Shown in pieces: positions 28,035 through 38,187 of a DNA stretch of 51,471 nt. Source of the DNA: Mariprofundaceae bacterium. GTDB taxonomy: Bacteria > Pseudomonadota > Zetaproteobacteria > Mariprofundales > Mariprofundaceae. The notes under the pieces were generated by a model, which saw only the letters and a list, made by a program, of their open reading frames with translations, had not been told where the DNA came from and did not search any database. The stretch lies in NCBI GenBank assembly GCA_015488125.1, contig WFOJ01000096.1, positions 1 through 51,471 of the forward strand, written 5' to 3'. Every line of letters begins with the position of its first letter. The stretch's first letter is position 1. The position numbers and the translations under genes were made by a program.

Positions 28035-29018
28035 TCATTTTTTACCAGGGGATTTTTTGTAAATATCACTGAAACTCACATTCATACCACCGCATCGCTG
28101 GTTATCAGCAACCATCAGATAATTATTTAGCAGTCGTATCTTCACCTTGCAGTCTTCAGTCATATTCTGGTCAACTGTCAACCTGTCCCCTTGAATGCGT
28201 CCTGTGGTGGAAAAATAACCATCGTGAACCACACCGTTGGCGCCTTCCCAGATAGCTGTACCCTCCACATGAACCAGGCCGTCCTTGTGATATTCGATAG
28301 TGATCTCAGCATCAGTGTGATCGCCAATCCAAGTGCCTGACCAGTCATCGTTTTTCGGCATTATTGATGATTGAAGACGAATATGTTCCATATCCATCCA
28401 GCCAACCAACCCTCCCCGTCGGCTCGGATACCAGACACATGCCCAACCGTCTTCTATTTTGCCGACAATCAACTGATCACCGGGAATCAGATAGGCTTTC
28501 CGTTTGCAACTGGTTCGATAAGGGCAATGCTTGCCATCATCATAAAAATAGCTGCGCCATCCCTTTTTACCGATGATTTTTCCCCATGTTGCCTGTTTTT
28601 GCATCGTCGGAAAATAATCCCCAAGACACTGATAAGGCACGATGTGGGAAGTGCATGTATCCGGTATATCCACAGATTGCACACGCAATTCACTAATACG
28701 AATCAAACCATCATAATTTACGGCAAAATCATCCACCTTCTCATTCAGCAAGTGACCACGAAACTCGATATAAACCGGTTCATAAGGTGAAGTAGTGGGG
28801 TGTTGTCTGTAAAAATTTGTTAATTGATTGTGAATGCTTGGTTGTGTGCTGATCCAATAGCTGTTATCGCTTGTACACGGTCTGAATATATCGGCATCAT
28901 TCCCCCACACATATGTCCCCTTATATACTTTGTCACAATCCAATGCGATAGTGGTCGCAGGTATAATCAAAACAAGGGTGATTACGCCGATACTGAGAAC
29001 ATGTTTCATGATTTTCAC
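28035..29018 (-). CDS. secreted hypothetical protein with SH3b-like domain
   Basis: Signal-peptide-like MKHVLSIGVITLVLIIPATTIA and the SH3-like stretch GDQLIVGKIEDGWACVWYPSRRGGLVGWMDMEHI. The start is either GTG 29018 (AGGAG 7 nt upstream) or ATG 29009. The longer track ORF start is unlikely. Confidence 0.55.
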   Translation of the reverse strand: MKIMKHVLSIGVITLVLIIPATTIALDCDKVYKGTYVWGNDADIFRPCTSDNSYWISTQPSIHNQLTNFYRQHPTTSPYEPVYIEFRGHLLNEKVDDFAVNYDGLIRISELRVQSVDIPDTCTSHIVPYQCLGDYFPTMQKQATWGKIIGKKGWRSYFYDDGKHCPYRTSCKRKAYLIPGDQLIVGKIEDGWACVWYPSRRGGLVGWMDMEHIRLQSSIMPKNDDWSGTWIGDHTDAEITIEYHKDGLVHVEGTAIWEGANGVVHDGYFSTTGRIQGDRLTVDQNMTEDCKVKIRLLNNYLMVADNQRCGGMNVSFSDIYKKSPGKK

Positions 29019-29204
29019 GAACAATCTCCTGTCACGATGTTTTCCGCCATGATATTTCAGGGCGAGAGTCTTGTTGATAGCAAAAGAATGAGCAATGAAT
29101 TTACGTTTTTTCCCGAAACCCCTTGCACCCAAAAGGAAGAAATATCGTGTGCCTTGATTCCCTGGCGTTGCGTGAGGATGCGCCCCCGCTATGCTTCGCC
29201 GCGC

Positions 29205-29480
29205 TTTGAGGTGCCTGATGGCTGAATGGCCAAAAGGTTAAACGGGAAGTCCGGTGCGTTTGTTGGCGAACAAATCCGGCGCAGCCCCCGCTACTGTAAG
29301 CCTGACAATGTTATTGGCGATCTGTTCACTGGCCCGTTTCCACCTGCAACGTTGAAAAGCTCCTTTCACCTTGCAGGGCAACAAAGGCATATGGACAGAC
29401 AGATTTGCAACCACTGGGAAACCGGGAAGGGATCAATAACAGCGGATGAAGGTAAGCCAGGAGACCGACCCAAAGCGCGA
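29205..29480 (+). promoter_or_regulatory. cobalamin (AdoCbl) riboswitch
   Basis: Conserved core strings read directly: AAACGGGAAGTCCGGTG..AAATCCGGCGCAGCCCCCGCTACTGTAAGC (29239-29302), CCACTGGGAAACCGGGAAGGG (29411-29431) and the B12 box GCCAGGAGACCGAC (29456-29469). It lies directly upstream of btuB. Confidence 0.85.
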
Positions 29481-29630
29481 AACCTGCGGGTTTCAAACGG
29501 ATGAGTCTCGGTGGGAGGCTGGCCGCATGTGTTTTCTGCAATAGTTCATATTTGCGCGAGCAGCCATGCCGCTGGTTCCCCTGAACTTGTCCTCACAACG
29601 CATTGCACGGTGGGTGCAGGACAGGATAGT

Positions 29631-31466
29631 ATGAAACGCAATATCTTCGTTGCTCTGGCAACAACATTATTCACAACGCCACTACAAGCATCAGAACAAT
29701 TACCTGAAATGGTCATCACGGCTGACAGAATTGCTCAGGATGAGGCCACAATCAGTGCCGATACCAGCGTCATCACCCGGCAGGAGATCGAACAATCCCA
29801 GGCCGCATCAGTGGCGGATGTGCTGCGCGCTCAGGCGGGCATCCATGTGGTGTCATCTGGTGGCGCCGGCAAAGCCACTTCGGTTTTTTTACGGGGTGGC
29901 AACAGCGGCCATACACTGGTATTGATTGATGGCGTGCGCGTTGGCTCAGCAACGCTGGGCAGTTTTGACTGGGCCAACCTTTCAACAGCCGGTATTGAAC
30001 GCATTGAAATTGTACGCGGTGCGCAATCATCCTTGTATGGCGCTGATGCCATGGCTGGCGTGATTCAGATTTTCACCCGAAAAGCGACCGACAGCACAAA
30101 GGTTCATGTGTCGGGAGAAGCTGGCGCTTACGGCACATCTTCCGGTCGCATGAGCATTACAGGAAAAACGGATGCACATATCGGCTATGCCCTGACGGTT
30201 GACGGGTTGCGTACAGACAGTGTGTCTGCTGCGGCCAGTGGTAAGGAAGCAGACCCGTATCGTCAGGCCACCCTTTCCGGACGGCTTACATTACCTGTGG
30301 GCGATGGTGAACTGGAGTTAATAACTCGCAATGTCGATGGCAGGACCAGCCTGGACGGGCTGGGACTGACTGGCCCGGTGGATACACTGAACTACAGCAG
30401 CAACACCAAACAAACCGTGAACAGCATCAAACTGACCTACCCGTTCAATGATACATTTGAAAGCAGCTTGCAACTTTCACGATCAAGCGATGAAGTGATT
30501 GGCCGCGATCCCGCAAGCAGCTTTCATAACTCGGACTTTCGCACGCGCATTGATCAGTTGACATGGAATAATCACATGGATTTTGACCAGCTGTCGTTAC
30601 TGGCAGGTGTGGATGCATATCGCAGCCAGGGCAACAGTGGCAGTGCCGGACTGAATAACAGCATCGCACAAACAGCAGCCTTTGCTGCCTTGGCATGGAA
30701 CACGGACTGGGCAGACATCAATGCTTCATTACGCTACGATCAAAACTCGGTGACCATCAACAAAACCACCTACAAGGCAGGGGTTGCCTTGCATCCATTG
30801 GATTCACTGAAAATATCCGCTAATTATGGTACGGGATTCAAGGCGCCGTCGTTGAATGATCTGTATTTTCCAGCCTCTGCCTTCAGTGCAGGCAATGCCC
30901 ACCTGAAGCCGGAAAGCAGCAAGGGCTGGGATGTCGGCCTGTCCTGGCAGCTGGATCAGGCATCGATCAAAAGCGGATTATCTCTCACATGGTTTGATCA
31001 GACCTATCGGAATCTGATCGTCTGGCAGGCTTCTCCAACATTCTTCTACAGCCCCGCCAATATTGGCAGAGCGCGCACGCAAGGCATGGAAATCTCCGCC
31101 AACGCATCGTATCAGCATGTTTACCTTCGGGCCAACTGGACGTACCTGAAGGCGCAAGACAGTACGACCAACACCATGCTTCCACGGCGAGCCAAAGAAT
31201 CCGGCAATGTCATCATGGGGACGGAACTTGCAGGTTTGCATGCCGAACTGGCCTGGCGTGTCACAGGTCCCCGTTTTTCCGCAACAGGGAATAAAAAGTA
31301 TATGAAAGGCTATCAGACCACCAGCGTTCGGGTGCATTATACCATCAATGAACGCTGGCAGTTGCATGCACGGGTTGATAACGCAGGCAACAGCAAATAT
31401 GAGGAGGTCGCCGGTTATGGTGTGCCGGGACGAGCCTGGTATGCTGGTTTAAGCACTGACTTTTAA
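29631..31466 (+). CDS. btuB: TonB-dependent vitamin B12/cobalamin outer-membrane receptor
   Basis: Signal peptide MKRNIFVALATTLFTTPLQA, TonB box EMVITADR, plug motifs (IEIVRGAQSSLYGADAMAGVIQIFT) and a terminal aromatic F. I chose the ATG at 29631. Confidence 0.9.
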   Translation: MKRNIFVALATTLFTTPLQASEQLPEMVITADRIAQDEATISADTSVITRQEIEQSQAASVADVLRAQAGIHVVSSGGAGKATSVFLRGGNSGHTLVLIDGVRVGSATLGSFDWANLSTAGIERIEIVRGAQSSLYGADAMAGVIQIFTRKATDSTKVHVSGEAGAYGTSSGRMSITGKTDAHIGYALTVDGLRTDSVSAAASGKEADPYRQATLSGRLTLPVGDGELELITRNVDGRTSLDGLGLTGPVDTLNYSSNTKQTVNSIKLTYPFNDTFESSLQLSRSSDEVIGRDPASSFHNSDFRTRIDQLTWNNHMDFDQLSLLAGVDAYRSQGNSGSAGLNNSIAQTAAFAALAWNTDWADINASLRYDQNSVTINKTTYKAGVALHPLDSLKISANYGTGFKAPSLNDLYFPASAFSAGNAHLKPESSKGWDVGLSWQLDQASIKSGLSLTWFDQTYRNLIVWQASPTFFYSPANIGRARTQGMEISANASYQHVYLRANWTYLKAQDSTTNTMLPRRAKESGNVIMGTELAGLHAELAWRVTGPRFSATGNKKYMKGYQTTSVRVHYTINERWQLHARVDNAGNSKYEEVAGYGVPGRAWYAGLSTDF

Positions 31467-31537
31467 TACGAGCCAGGAAACTTCGCGCACAAGGTCAACA
31501 AAGCCCGTCCATATTGATGTTTGAGCAGGGGGTCCGC

Positions 31538-32254
31538 ATGCGCATGGCAGTCGCAATCATGGTGGCTGTCATGCTGCATGCGCTTATACTTGTCACGCCC
31601 ATTCCAACAGGCACCATACCGCCATCATTACACAAGCAACCATTGCAAATCAGCCTGGTCACAGCACCCGATCCGGCTCCATCTGCAACAACGCTTGCTC
31701 ATAAACGCATGCCACAACATCCACCCGCACACACAACAGCAGATATGCAGAAGAAGCCCCGGAAAAACACCAGCCACCCCGCCATCGTGCCCCGAAACAC
31801 GCCGACTCCGATGGTTCAGCCTCGTCAAAGCGGGAACAATACTCCTGCATTCAATCAACGCCAACGCATACGCCCCGTGGTGCACACCCCCGCAGCATTG
31901 CATCAACATTCCCCGGCAGAAAAAACAAGGCCGCTTGCAGGCAGGCAACAACATGAACCAATTCAAAAACAATATGATCACCAGTCAGCCGACGGCGTGC
32001 CTGTGCCAGAAGACATTCAGGCACATCTTCTGATGCATGTATCCTACCCCAGACAGGCAAGACGACATGGCTGGCAAGGCAAGGTAACATTACAATTTGA
32101 TGTACAACAACACATGATCCGGCATGTCACCGTATTGACTTCAAGTGGCTACCCTGTGTTGGACCGCGCTGCATACCGTGCTTTAAGCCACACGCCGCAT
32201 ATCGCGCTGGCTGATGGTGTTTACCGCGTGCCTGTTGTCTTTCGCCTGCAATGA
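31538..32254 (+). CDS. TonB-family energy transducer (C-terminal TonB domain protein)
   Basis: N-terminal TM MRMAVAIMVAVMLHALILV, a Pro-rich spacer, and C-terminal YPRQARRHGWQGKVTLQFDV..GYPVLDRAA. The start is uncertain (31514 TTG, or 31538 ATG preceded by AGGGGG). Confidence 0.7.
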   Translation: MRMAVAIMVAVMLHALILVTPIPTGTIPPSLHKQPLQISLVTAPDPAPSATTLAHKRMPQHPPAHTTADMQKKPRKNTSHPAIVPRNTPTPMVQPRQSGNNTPAFNQRQRIRPVVHTPAALHQHSPAEKTRPLAGRQQHEPIQKQYDHQSADGVPVPEDIQAHLLMHVSYPRQARRHGWQGKVTLQFDVQQHMIRHVTVLTSSGYPVLDRAAYRALSHTPHIALADGVYRVPVVFRLQ

Positions 32255-33072
32255 TGAATCTGCCTCGCCGGATCATCCTGGCGCTTTTGTGGCTGTGCAT
32301 GCTGCTGCCAGGTGTGAGCCATGCAGAACACTACAGCCGCATTCTGGCATTAAGTCCCCATGTGTGTGAAATGCTTTATGCCATTGGTGCCGCTTCCCGG
32401 GTCGTTGGAGCGGTGTCCTATTGCGATTATCCCGCCGATGCACGCGCCCTGCCGCGTGTCGGCAGTTACAAGGGTATTCGTGTTGAAGCTGCGCTTCGCC
32501 TGAAGCCTGACCTGGCTATTGCCAGCAGCGAGCATGTAAAAGGCCTGATGCAATTAAAAAAAGCGGGGGTGAACATCGTGATTTCCAACCCCCGGCGTTT
32601 TGAGGATATTTTTCATGATATGCTGACCCTGGGGGCATTGACCGGACACCAGCAGGAAGCGGCAACACTGGTGCGCCAACAGCGAAAACGCCTGAATCGT
32701 ATTCGTCAACATGCCAGTTCACAACGCCGTGTTTTTTATGAATTATGGCCTGATCCATTGCTGACTGTGGGCAAATCAGGCTTCATCAATACATTGATCA
32801 GCGAAGCAGGTGGTCATAATGTGTTTGCGCATATCCCGCTGGAAACCCCGCGCGTCAATATTGAAGCTGTTATCAAGGCCCGGCCTGATGTGATCATTAT
32901 CCCACGTGAAAAAAGAAACATACAGCAACGGCAACGGTTCTGGAACAAGTGGCTGGGCAAACAACATGTACATATTGCCGGTGTTGACCCGGATTTGCTG
33001 CACCGCCCCGGCCCTCGCCTGATCGACGGACTTGAAATCTTGCAGCGCATACTCAATCAGCCACAACCATGA
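32251..33072 (+). CDS. btuF: periplasmic cobalamin-binding protein of ABC importer
   Basis: Signal peptide, then RILALSPHVCEMLYAIGAASRVVGAVSYCDYP and a C-terminal PGPRLIDGLE. The ATGA overlaps the tonB-like stop. Confidence 0.8.
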   Translation: MMNLPRRIILALLWLCMLLPGVSHAEHYSRILALSPHVCEMLYAIGAASRVVGAVSYCDYPADARALPRVGSYKGIRVEAALRLKPDLAIASSEHVKGLMQLKKAGVNIVISNPRRFEDIFHDMLTLGALTGHQQEAATLVRQQRKRLNRIRQHASSQRRVFYELWPDPLLTVGKSGFINTLISEAGGHNVFAHIPLETPRVNIEAVIKARPDVIIIPREKRNIQQRQRFWNKWLGKQHVHIAGVDPDLLHRPGPRLIDGLEILQRILNQPQP

Positions 33073-34016
33073 CACAACACAGAGCGCTGCTTGTGTGGGC
33101 CATCGTACTGGCAGTTTCCGCCGGATTTTTTCTATTATGCCTTGCCATGGGCGAACAGTGGATCAATCCGTTGCATGCCAGTGGGCAGGATGCCATGATT
33201 TTGTGGGAGCTTCGTCTGCCGCGTTTGCTCACAGCTTTTGCCGTAGGTGGCCTGCTGGCGCTGGCAGGCGCCTGGTTTCAGGTGTTGCTGGGCAATCCAC
33301 TGGCGGAACCTTATGTGTTAGGAGTGGCCGGCAGTGCATCAGCAGGGGCTGTGGCTGCACTGATGTGGTTGCCCGATACAACATGGGTGATGTCGGCAGG
33401 GGCATTTGTCGGCGCCTGGCTGGGCATTGTCTGTGTGATGTTTTTTGCTCGTTCAGGCCCGGACAAGATGCTCCTCGCTGGCGTGGTGCTGGCAGCCTTC
33501 TGGTCGGCAATGCTGGGACTGTTGCTGGCCCTCTTGCCAGAGCAAACCCTGTTTCGTGCTTTTTCATGGATGATGGGGGATGTCTCCGGCTCGGATATAC
33601 CTGTTCCACTGCTCCTGGCCATATGGGGCGGCGCTTTGCTGTGTGGTTGCCTGCTGTCACGCTCACTGGACATATTATTGCTGGGGGAACGGCATGCGGA
33701 AGCACTCGGTATTGATGTGCAACGCTTGCGCCAACAACTGTTGTTTCTTGCCTCGACCGTGACCGCCCTGGCCGTAACTGCGGCGGGCACGATTGGTTTT
33801 GTCGGTTTGGTGGTTCCCCATTTTATGCGTCTGCTGCTGGGTTCCTTGCATCACAGGGTGCTTCCCGCTGCTGCCATGGGCGGTGGCATATTGTTAATGC
33901 TGGCTGATACCATCGCCCGAACCATGATTGCGCCTGCGGAATTGCCTGTGGGTATTTTAACCGCCATCATCGGTGTGCCCGTGTTTTTGTTCCTGTTGTT
34001 ACGGCGGCGTTCATGA
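33069..34016 (+). CDS. btuC: FecCD-family ABC permease (B12 import)
   Basis: 315 aa polytopic protein. The motifs LLGNPLAEPYVLGVAGSASAGA and PVGILTAIIGVPVFLFLL are typical FecCD/BtuC motifs. Confidence 0.88.
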   Translation: MTQHRALLVWAIVLAVSAGFFLLCLAMGEQWINPLHASGQDAMILWELRLPRLLTAFAVGGLLALAGAWFQVLLGNPLAEPYVLGVAGSASAGAVAALMWLPDTTWVMSAGAFVGAWLGIVCVMFFARSGPDKMLLAGVVLAAFWSAMLGLLLALLPEQTLFRAFSWMMGDVSGSDIPVPLLLAIWGGALLCGCLLSRSLDILLLGERHAEALGIDVQRLRQQLLFLASTVTALAVTAAGTIGFVGLVVPHFMRLLLGSLHHRVLPAAAMGGGILLMLADTIARTMIAPAELPVGILTAIIGVPVFLFLLLRRRS

Positions 34017-34759
34017 TGCTGTTGATGAAGCTGCGTCATGTATCGGTTCAACGAGGCAGAAAAACCTTGTTTTCCGGGGTGAATTTTACCGTGACAGCCG
34101 GTCATATCACGGTGATCCTGGGAGGCAATGGCGCGGGCAAATCCAGTTTGTTGCTGGCCATGGCAGGGCTTATTCCTGCGATCGGTGATATTGAACTCAT
34201 GGGAAGGCCCTTGCGGCACTATTCCCCTCGCGAGCGAACACGGCTGATTGCCTGGCAGGGCGAACTGCCACCAACGGCATTTGGTTTAACCGTCGAACAA
34301 CGGTTGCATCTGGTCAGCAACTGCCCGCAAACAATTCATCATGTTGCTTGCGAAATGGCAATTTCCCATCTTTTATTGCATGCGCTTGACCAGCTATCCA
34401 GCGGCGAGTTACAGCGCGTGGAACTGGCTGCACTCATGTTGCGGGACGCGCCTGTATGGCTGCTGGATGAGCCGACATCACATCTGGATTTCAAGCATCA
34501 GATCCGTTTGATCCATACCTTGAAGCACTATGCCACCAGGGGAAAAGCCATCGTGGTCATTTTGCACGACCTTCAGCAGGCCAGGGCCCTGGCAGATTTT
34601 CTGATTTTAATCGATCGGCAAGGTGAAACGCGTTATGGCGCATGTGAAGAACTATTCAACCGCCAGATGCTGTGCCAGACATTCGACGCTCCGCTTGTAG
34701 AACAGGCGGTGGCACTGTTGCCCGATTATGGCATCTGCCCGAAAACAGGAGAAACATAG
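34013..34759 (+). CDS. btuD: ABC transporter ATP-binding protein (B12 import)
   Basis: Walker A GGNGAGKSSLL, signature LSSGELQRV and Walker B WLLDEPTSHLD. Confidence 0.85.
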   Translation: MMLLMKLRHVSVQRGRKTLFSGVNFTVTAGHITVILGGNGAGKSSLLLAMAGLIPAIGDIELMGRPLRHYSPRERTRLIAWQGELPPTAFGLTVEQRLHLVSNCPQTIHHVACEMAISHLLLHALDQLSSGELQRVELAALMLRDAPVWLLDEPTSHLDFKHQIRLIHTLKHYATRGKAIVVILHDLQQARALADFLILIDRQGETRYGACEELFNRQMLCQTFDAPLVEQAVALLPDYGICPKTGET

Positions 34760-34855
34760 CAAAACGGCGTGAAGTCTGTTGTCAGCGTGGCATGTACTGT
34801 CGAAAAAACGATGGTGCCACTTGCATTTTTTTACCGGGTGCAGACAATCATCTTC

Positions 34856-35737
34856 ATGACTACCTCTTCTATTGATCACAGCCGCGTTCGCCGGGCCTTT
34901 TCTCATGCTTCAGAGAGCTACGATCGTCATGCTGTGTTGCAGCGGGAAATTGCCGAACGATTGCTCAATCACGCGCTTTGCGCCAAATTTGAGCCTTGTC
35001 GCATCCTCGATATTGGCTGTGGAACCGGTTATTACACCCGCTTGCTCGATAAACAGTTCAAAAAAGCGGACATCATCGCCCTGGATCTGGCTGAAACCAT
35101 GTTGCACCGCTGCCGCAAATCACGCGGTCGCCGTCTGCCATGGCATGGCAAACGCCAGTATTGCATGGCTGATGCTAGCTATCTGCCCTTTGCCGATGCC
35201 TCTTTTGATCTGGTAACCTCCAACCTGGCCATGCAATGGGTGGCTGATCCAGCCTTGCTGCTGAGTGAAATGCGGCGCGTACTGGCTCCCGGCGGGCTGA
35301 TGCTGTTTAGCACCTTTGGCCGACGCACACTGCATGAACTGCGGCAATCGCTGGTGCGCCAGCAACGCCGCTTCAGTGGCCTGCTGATCCCTTTCCCCGA
35401 CGTGATGAGCATGGGCAATGCGCTCTCTGCGCTGTCTGTTGAAGTGCCGGTGGTGGATTCCGATCTGTTTACGCTGACCTACCCGAACACCATGGCGTTG
35501 GTGCGTGAACTTAAGGGGTTGGGAGCTTCGGCAGCGGCGATTCGCCAGCGTCCGGAAGGCTTGTACGGTCGCCGTTTACTGCGCCAGCTTGAGGATGATT
35601 ATCGTCGGCATTATGCGACAGAAGATGATCGCGTCTATGCCAGTTTTGAAGCCCTGTATGCACAAGCCTGGCATCGTCCCGAAGCATTTCAGCCCACCGG
35701 CGATATCATTCCTGTTCACCCTGCAGATCAGGGCTGA
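34856..35737 (+). CDS. bioC: malonyl-[ACP] O-methyltransferase
   Basis: VRRAFSHASESYDRHAVLQREIAERLL, ILDIGCGTGYYT, SNLAMQWV and LVRELKGLGA follow the BioC pattern. I chose the ATG at 34856. Confidence 0.78.
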   Translation: MTTSSIDHSRVRRAFSHASESYDRHAVLQREIAERLLNHALCAKFEPCRILDIGCGTGYYTRLLDKQFKKADIIALDLAETMLHRCRKSRGRRLPWHGKRQYCMADASYLPFADASFDLVTSNLAMQWVADPALLLSEMRRVLAPGGLMLFSTFGRRTLHELRQSLVRQQRRFSGLLIPFPDVMSMGNALSALSVEVPVVDSDLFTLTYPNTMALVRELKGLGASAAAIRQRPEGLYGRRLLRQLEDDYRRHYATEDDRVYASFEALYAQAWHRPEAFQPTGDIIPVHPADQG

Positions 35738-35826
35738 CCGACACCTTGATTTCATCATCACAACGCCTAGATTTCATGAAATATTGAAAATATTGCTATT
35801 TTTTCATTCCTACAGGAGAAAACATA

Positions 35827-37344
35827 ATGAATATAAGTGTTCGCGCCGGAAGCGTTGCCAAATGCCGGGAAGATACCATTGTGCTTCCTCTGCTGACCGG
35901 ACGAAAGTTCACCGATGCCGGACGCAACCTGCCGGAGGCAACCGCTGATTTTCTGAAAAGCTTTTTTCGTCGTTCGGCGATCAAGGGAGAGTTTGGCGAA
36001 ATCACCACCTTGCATGCCGTGCCAGGTCTGCACGCCTATCGCCTGGTGCTGGTCGGCTGCGGCAACGAAAACAAACTGACATTGCACGGTCTACGCCGTC
36101 TTGCCGGCAAGGCAGCCAGAAACATGCGTGCATCAGGAGCCCATACGGCGGCTGTTTTTCTTGCCGATGCCAATGTTCGCCATAGTGCGCAACATGAACG
36201 TGTGCAGACGGTGACGGAAGGTATCGCCCTTGGTCTCTATCGTTTTGAGCGCTTCAAAAGCAAGAAAAAAGAGGATCATAAGGCTGAGCCTTCATTTGTG
36301 GTGATCGTCAACAATCGTCGTCGTGAAGCCCTTGCCGCGTATCAGCAGGCCGTCCGGCGCGGTCAAACCATCGCTGAAGGCGTGATGCTGGCACGTGACC
36401 TTGGCAACCTGCCGGGCAATGTCTGCACGCCAGCGTATCTGGCAGAGCAGGCGCAGGCGCTGCAAGGCGAGCGTCTTCAGGTTGAAGTTATGGACAAGGC
36501 AGCCATTGAAGAAAAAGGATTCCGGGCCTTGCTGGCGGTGAATCAGGGTTCAGCGAAAGAACCGCGTTTCATCGTACTGCGTTATCAGGGCGGTGAGGAA
36601 GAGGAAGCGCCCATTGCCCTGGTCGGCAAGGGCCTGACCTTTGATGCGGGCGGCATCAGCATCAAGCCACCGGCAGCCATGGACGAAATGAAGTTTGATA
36701 TGTGTGGCGCAGCAGCGGTGCTGGGCACCTTCAAGGCTGCCAGCGACCTGCAACTGAAGGTCAATCTGCTGGGCGTGATTCCCTCCACCGAAAACCTGCT
36801 CGGCGCAGCTGCCTACAAACCTGGCGATATTATCACCGCTTACAATGGCACCACCATTGAAGTGCTCAACACCGATGCCGAAGGCCGTTTGATTCTGGCC
36901 GATGCACTGGCCTATGCCGCAGAACAAAAACCGGGAAAAATCATTGATTTTGCCACCCTCACCGGCGCTTGCGTCATCGCACTGGGCGCACAGGCCAGCG
37001 GTTTGATGGGCAATGATCAATCCTTGTTGCGCAAACTTGAAAAATCAGGTGAACGCACCCACGACCGCGTTTGGCAACTGCCCATGTATGAAGAATATCA
37101 AAAGCAGATTGACAGCCATATCGCGGATATTCGCAATATTGGTGGACGCGAGGCTGGCACCATTACCGCCGCCTGTTTTCTCTCCCGTTTCGTTGATCAT
37201 CTGCCCTGGGCGCATATTGACATTGCCGGTACTGCCTGGGGCAAGGGCGATGAGCTTTCCCCCAAAGGCGGCACAGGCGCTGGCGTTCGTCTGATGATTG
37301 ATTACCTCTCAACAATTGCCGATCGCGAAGCAACAGGCGACTGA
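35827..37344 (+). CDS. pepA: leucyl aminopeptidase (M17)
   Basis: VGKGLTFDAGGISIKP, MKFDMCGAAAV and NTDAEGRLILADAL are M17 signature motifs. Confidence 0.95.
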   Translation: MNISVRAGSVAKCREDTIVLPLLTGRKFTDAGRNLPEATADFLKSFFRRSAIKGEFGEITTLHAVPGLHAYRLVLVGCGNENKLTLHGLRRLAGKAARNMRASGAHTAAVFLADANVRHSAQHERVQTVTEGIALGLYRFERFKSKKKEDHKAEPSFVVIVNNRRREALAAYQQAVRRGQTIAEGVMLARDLGNLPGNVCTPAYLAEQAQALQGERLQVEVMDKAAIEEKGFRALLAVNQGSAKEPRFIVLRYQGGEEEEAPIALVGKGLTFDAGGISIKPPAAMDEMKFDMCGAAAVLGTFKAASDLQLKVNLLGVIPSTENLLGAAAYKPGDIITAYNGTTIEVLNTDAEGRLILADALAYAAEQKPGKIIDFATLTGACVIALGAQASGLMGNDQSLLRKLEKSGERTHDRVWQLPMYEEYQKQIDSHIADIRNIGGREAGTITAACFLSRFVDHLPWAHIDIAGTAWGKGDELSPKGGTGAGVRLMIDYLSTIADREATGD

Positions 37345-37352
37345 CGGCCTTG

Positions 37353-38114
37353 ATGATCACGCCTCGCGTGTATGGAGCGGGTGGCATGGCAATGCTGCCC
37401 ATTCCTTTTTTCTACTACTTTAACATCCCTGTTTTTCAATGGCTTAATGGTCACCATAGCAACTGGCTGGATGCCTTGATAGGGATTGTCAGTGGTCTTG
37501 GTGATGGTCTGGTGATCGCCTTGTTGCTGGGCCTGGTGGCCTTTTATCACTGGCGTGCCGGGCTGGCCGGGCTGGCCGCCTTCATATTGTCCGGGCTGCT
37601 GGCGCAGTTACTCAAACGTGCTTTTGATATGCCTCGACCTCCTGCCGTGCTGGAGCATGTGCATATCCTTGGTGCAGCATTACACAGTCACAGCTTTCCC
37701 TCCGGCCACGCCACCTCCTGCGGCGTCATGGTGGCCGGGGCTTTTTTGCTCTGGTCCTGCCGTCAGTGGCAGGCATGGGTTGTCGCCGTGCTGTTTACAC
37801 TGGCTGCACTGGGGCGCATTTACGGCGGCGTGCATTTTCCACTGGATGTCTGGGTTGGCCTGTGGCTTGGCGCGGGCAGTATGTGGTGGTGCTGGCAACG
37901 TTCCCGTCGTTGGCCGCTGCAACGCTGGTCTGCCTGGCCATGGATGCCGCGCCTGTTGGGATTGATTGTGCTGATCGAAAGTGCCGTACTGGGCCTTGGT
38001 TATCATATTCAACCGCAAACAGCGCAACCCTTATGCTGGCTGCTGCCACCACTGGCGCTGCTGCTGCTGTGGCGCTACTGGCAGGCAACGCTGATCCGTC
38101 CGGCGCTTTCCTGA
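37353..38114 (+). CDS. PAP2-family membrane phosphatase
   Basis: Acid phosphatase motifs KRAFDMPRP, SFPSGHA and GRIYGGVHFPLD, with multiple TM segments. The start is either TTG 37350 or ATG 37353. Confidence 0.8.
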   Translation: MITPRVYGAGGMAMLPIPFFYYFNIPVFQWLNGHHSNWLDALIGIVSGLGDGLVIALLLGLVAFYHWRAGLAGLAAFILSGLLAQLLKRAFDMPRPPAVLEHVHILGAALHSHSFPSGHATSCGVMVAGAFLLWSCRQWQAWVVAVLFTLAALGRIYGGVHFPLDVWVGLWLGAGSMWWCWQRSRRWPLQRWSAWPWMPRLLGLIVLIESAVLGLGYHIQPQTAQPLCWLLPPLALLLLWRYWQATLIRPALS

Positions 38115-38187
38115 CATTGCCCGCTACATGATTTTTTCATCTTTTACGATCTAGCGTGTGCCGCCATGTTGTTGATGGAGTGTTCTT

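Noticed and set aside
33032-33790. Several 150-230 aa ORFs in other frames and on the other strand within btuC
   Set aside because: They are alternative frames of a GC-rich membrane-protein gene. The FecCD-family frame (33069..34016) explains the region.
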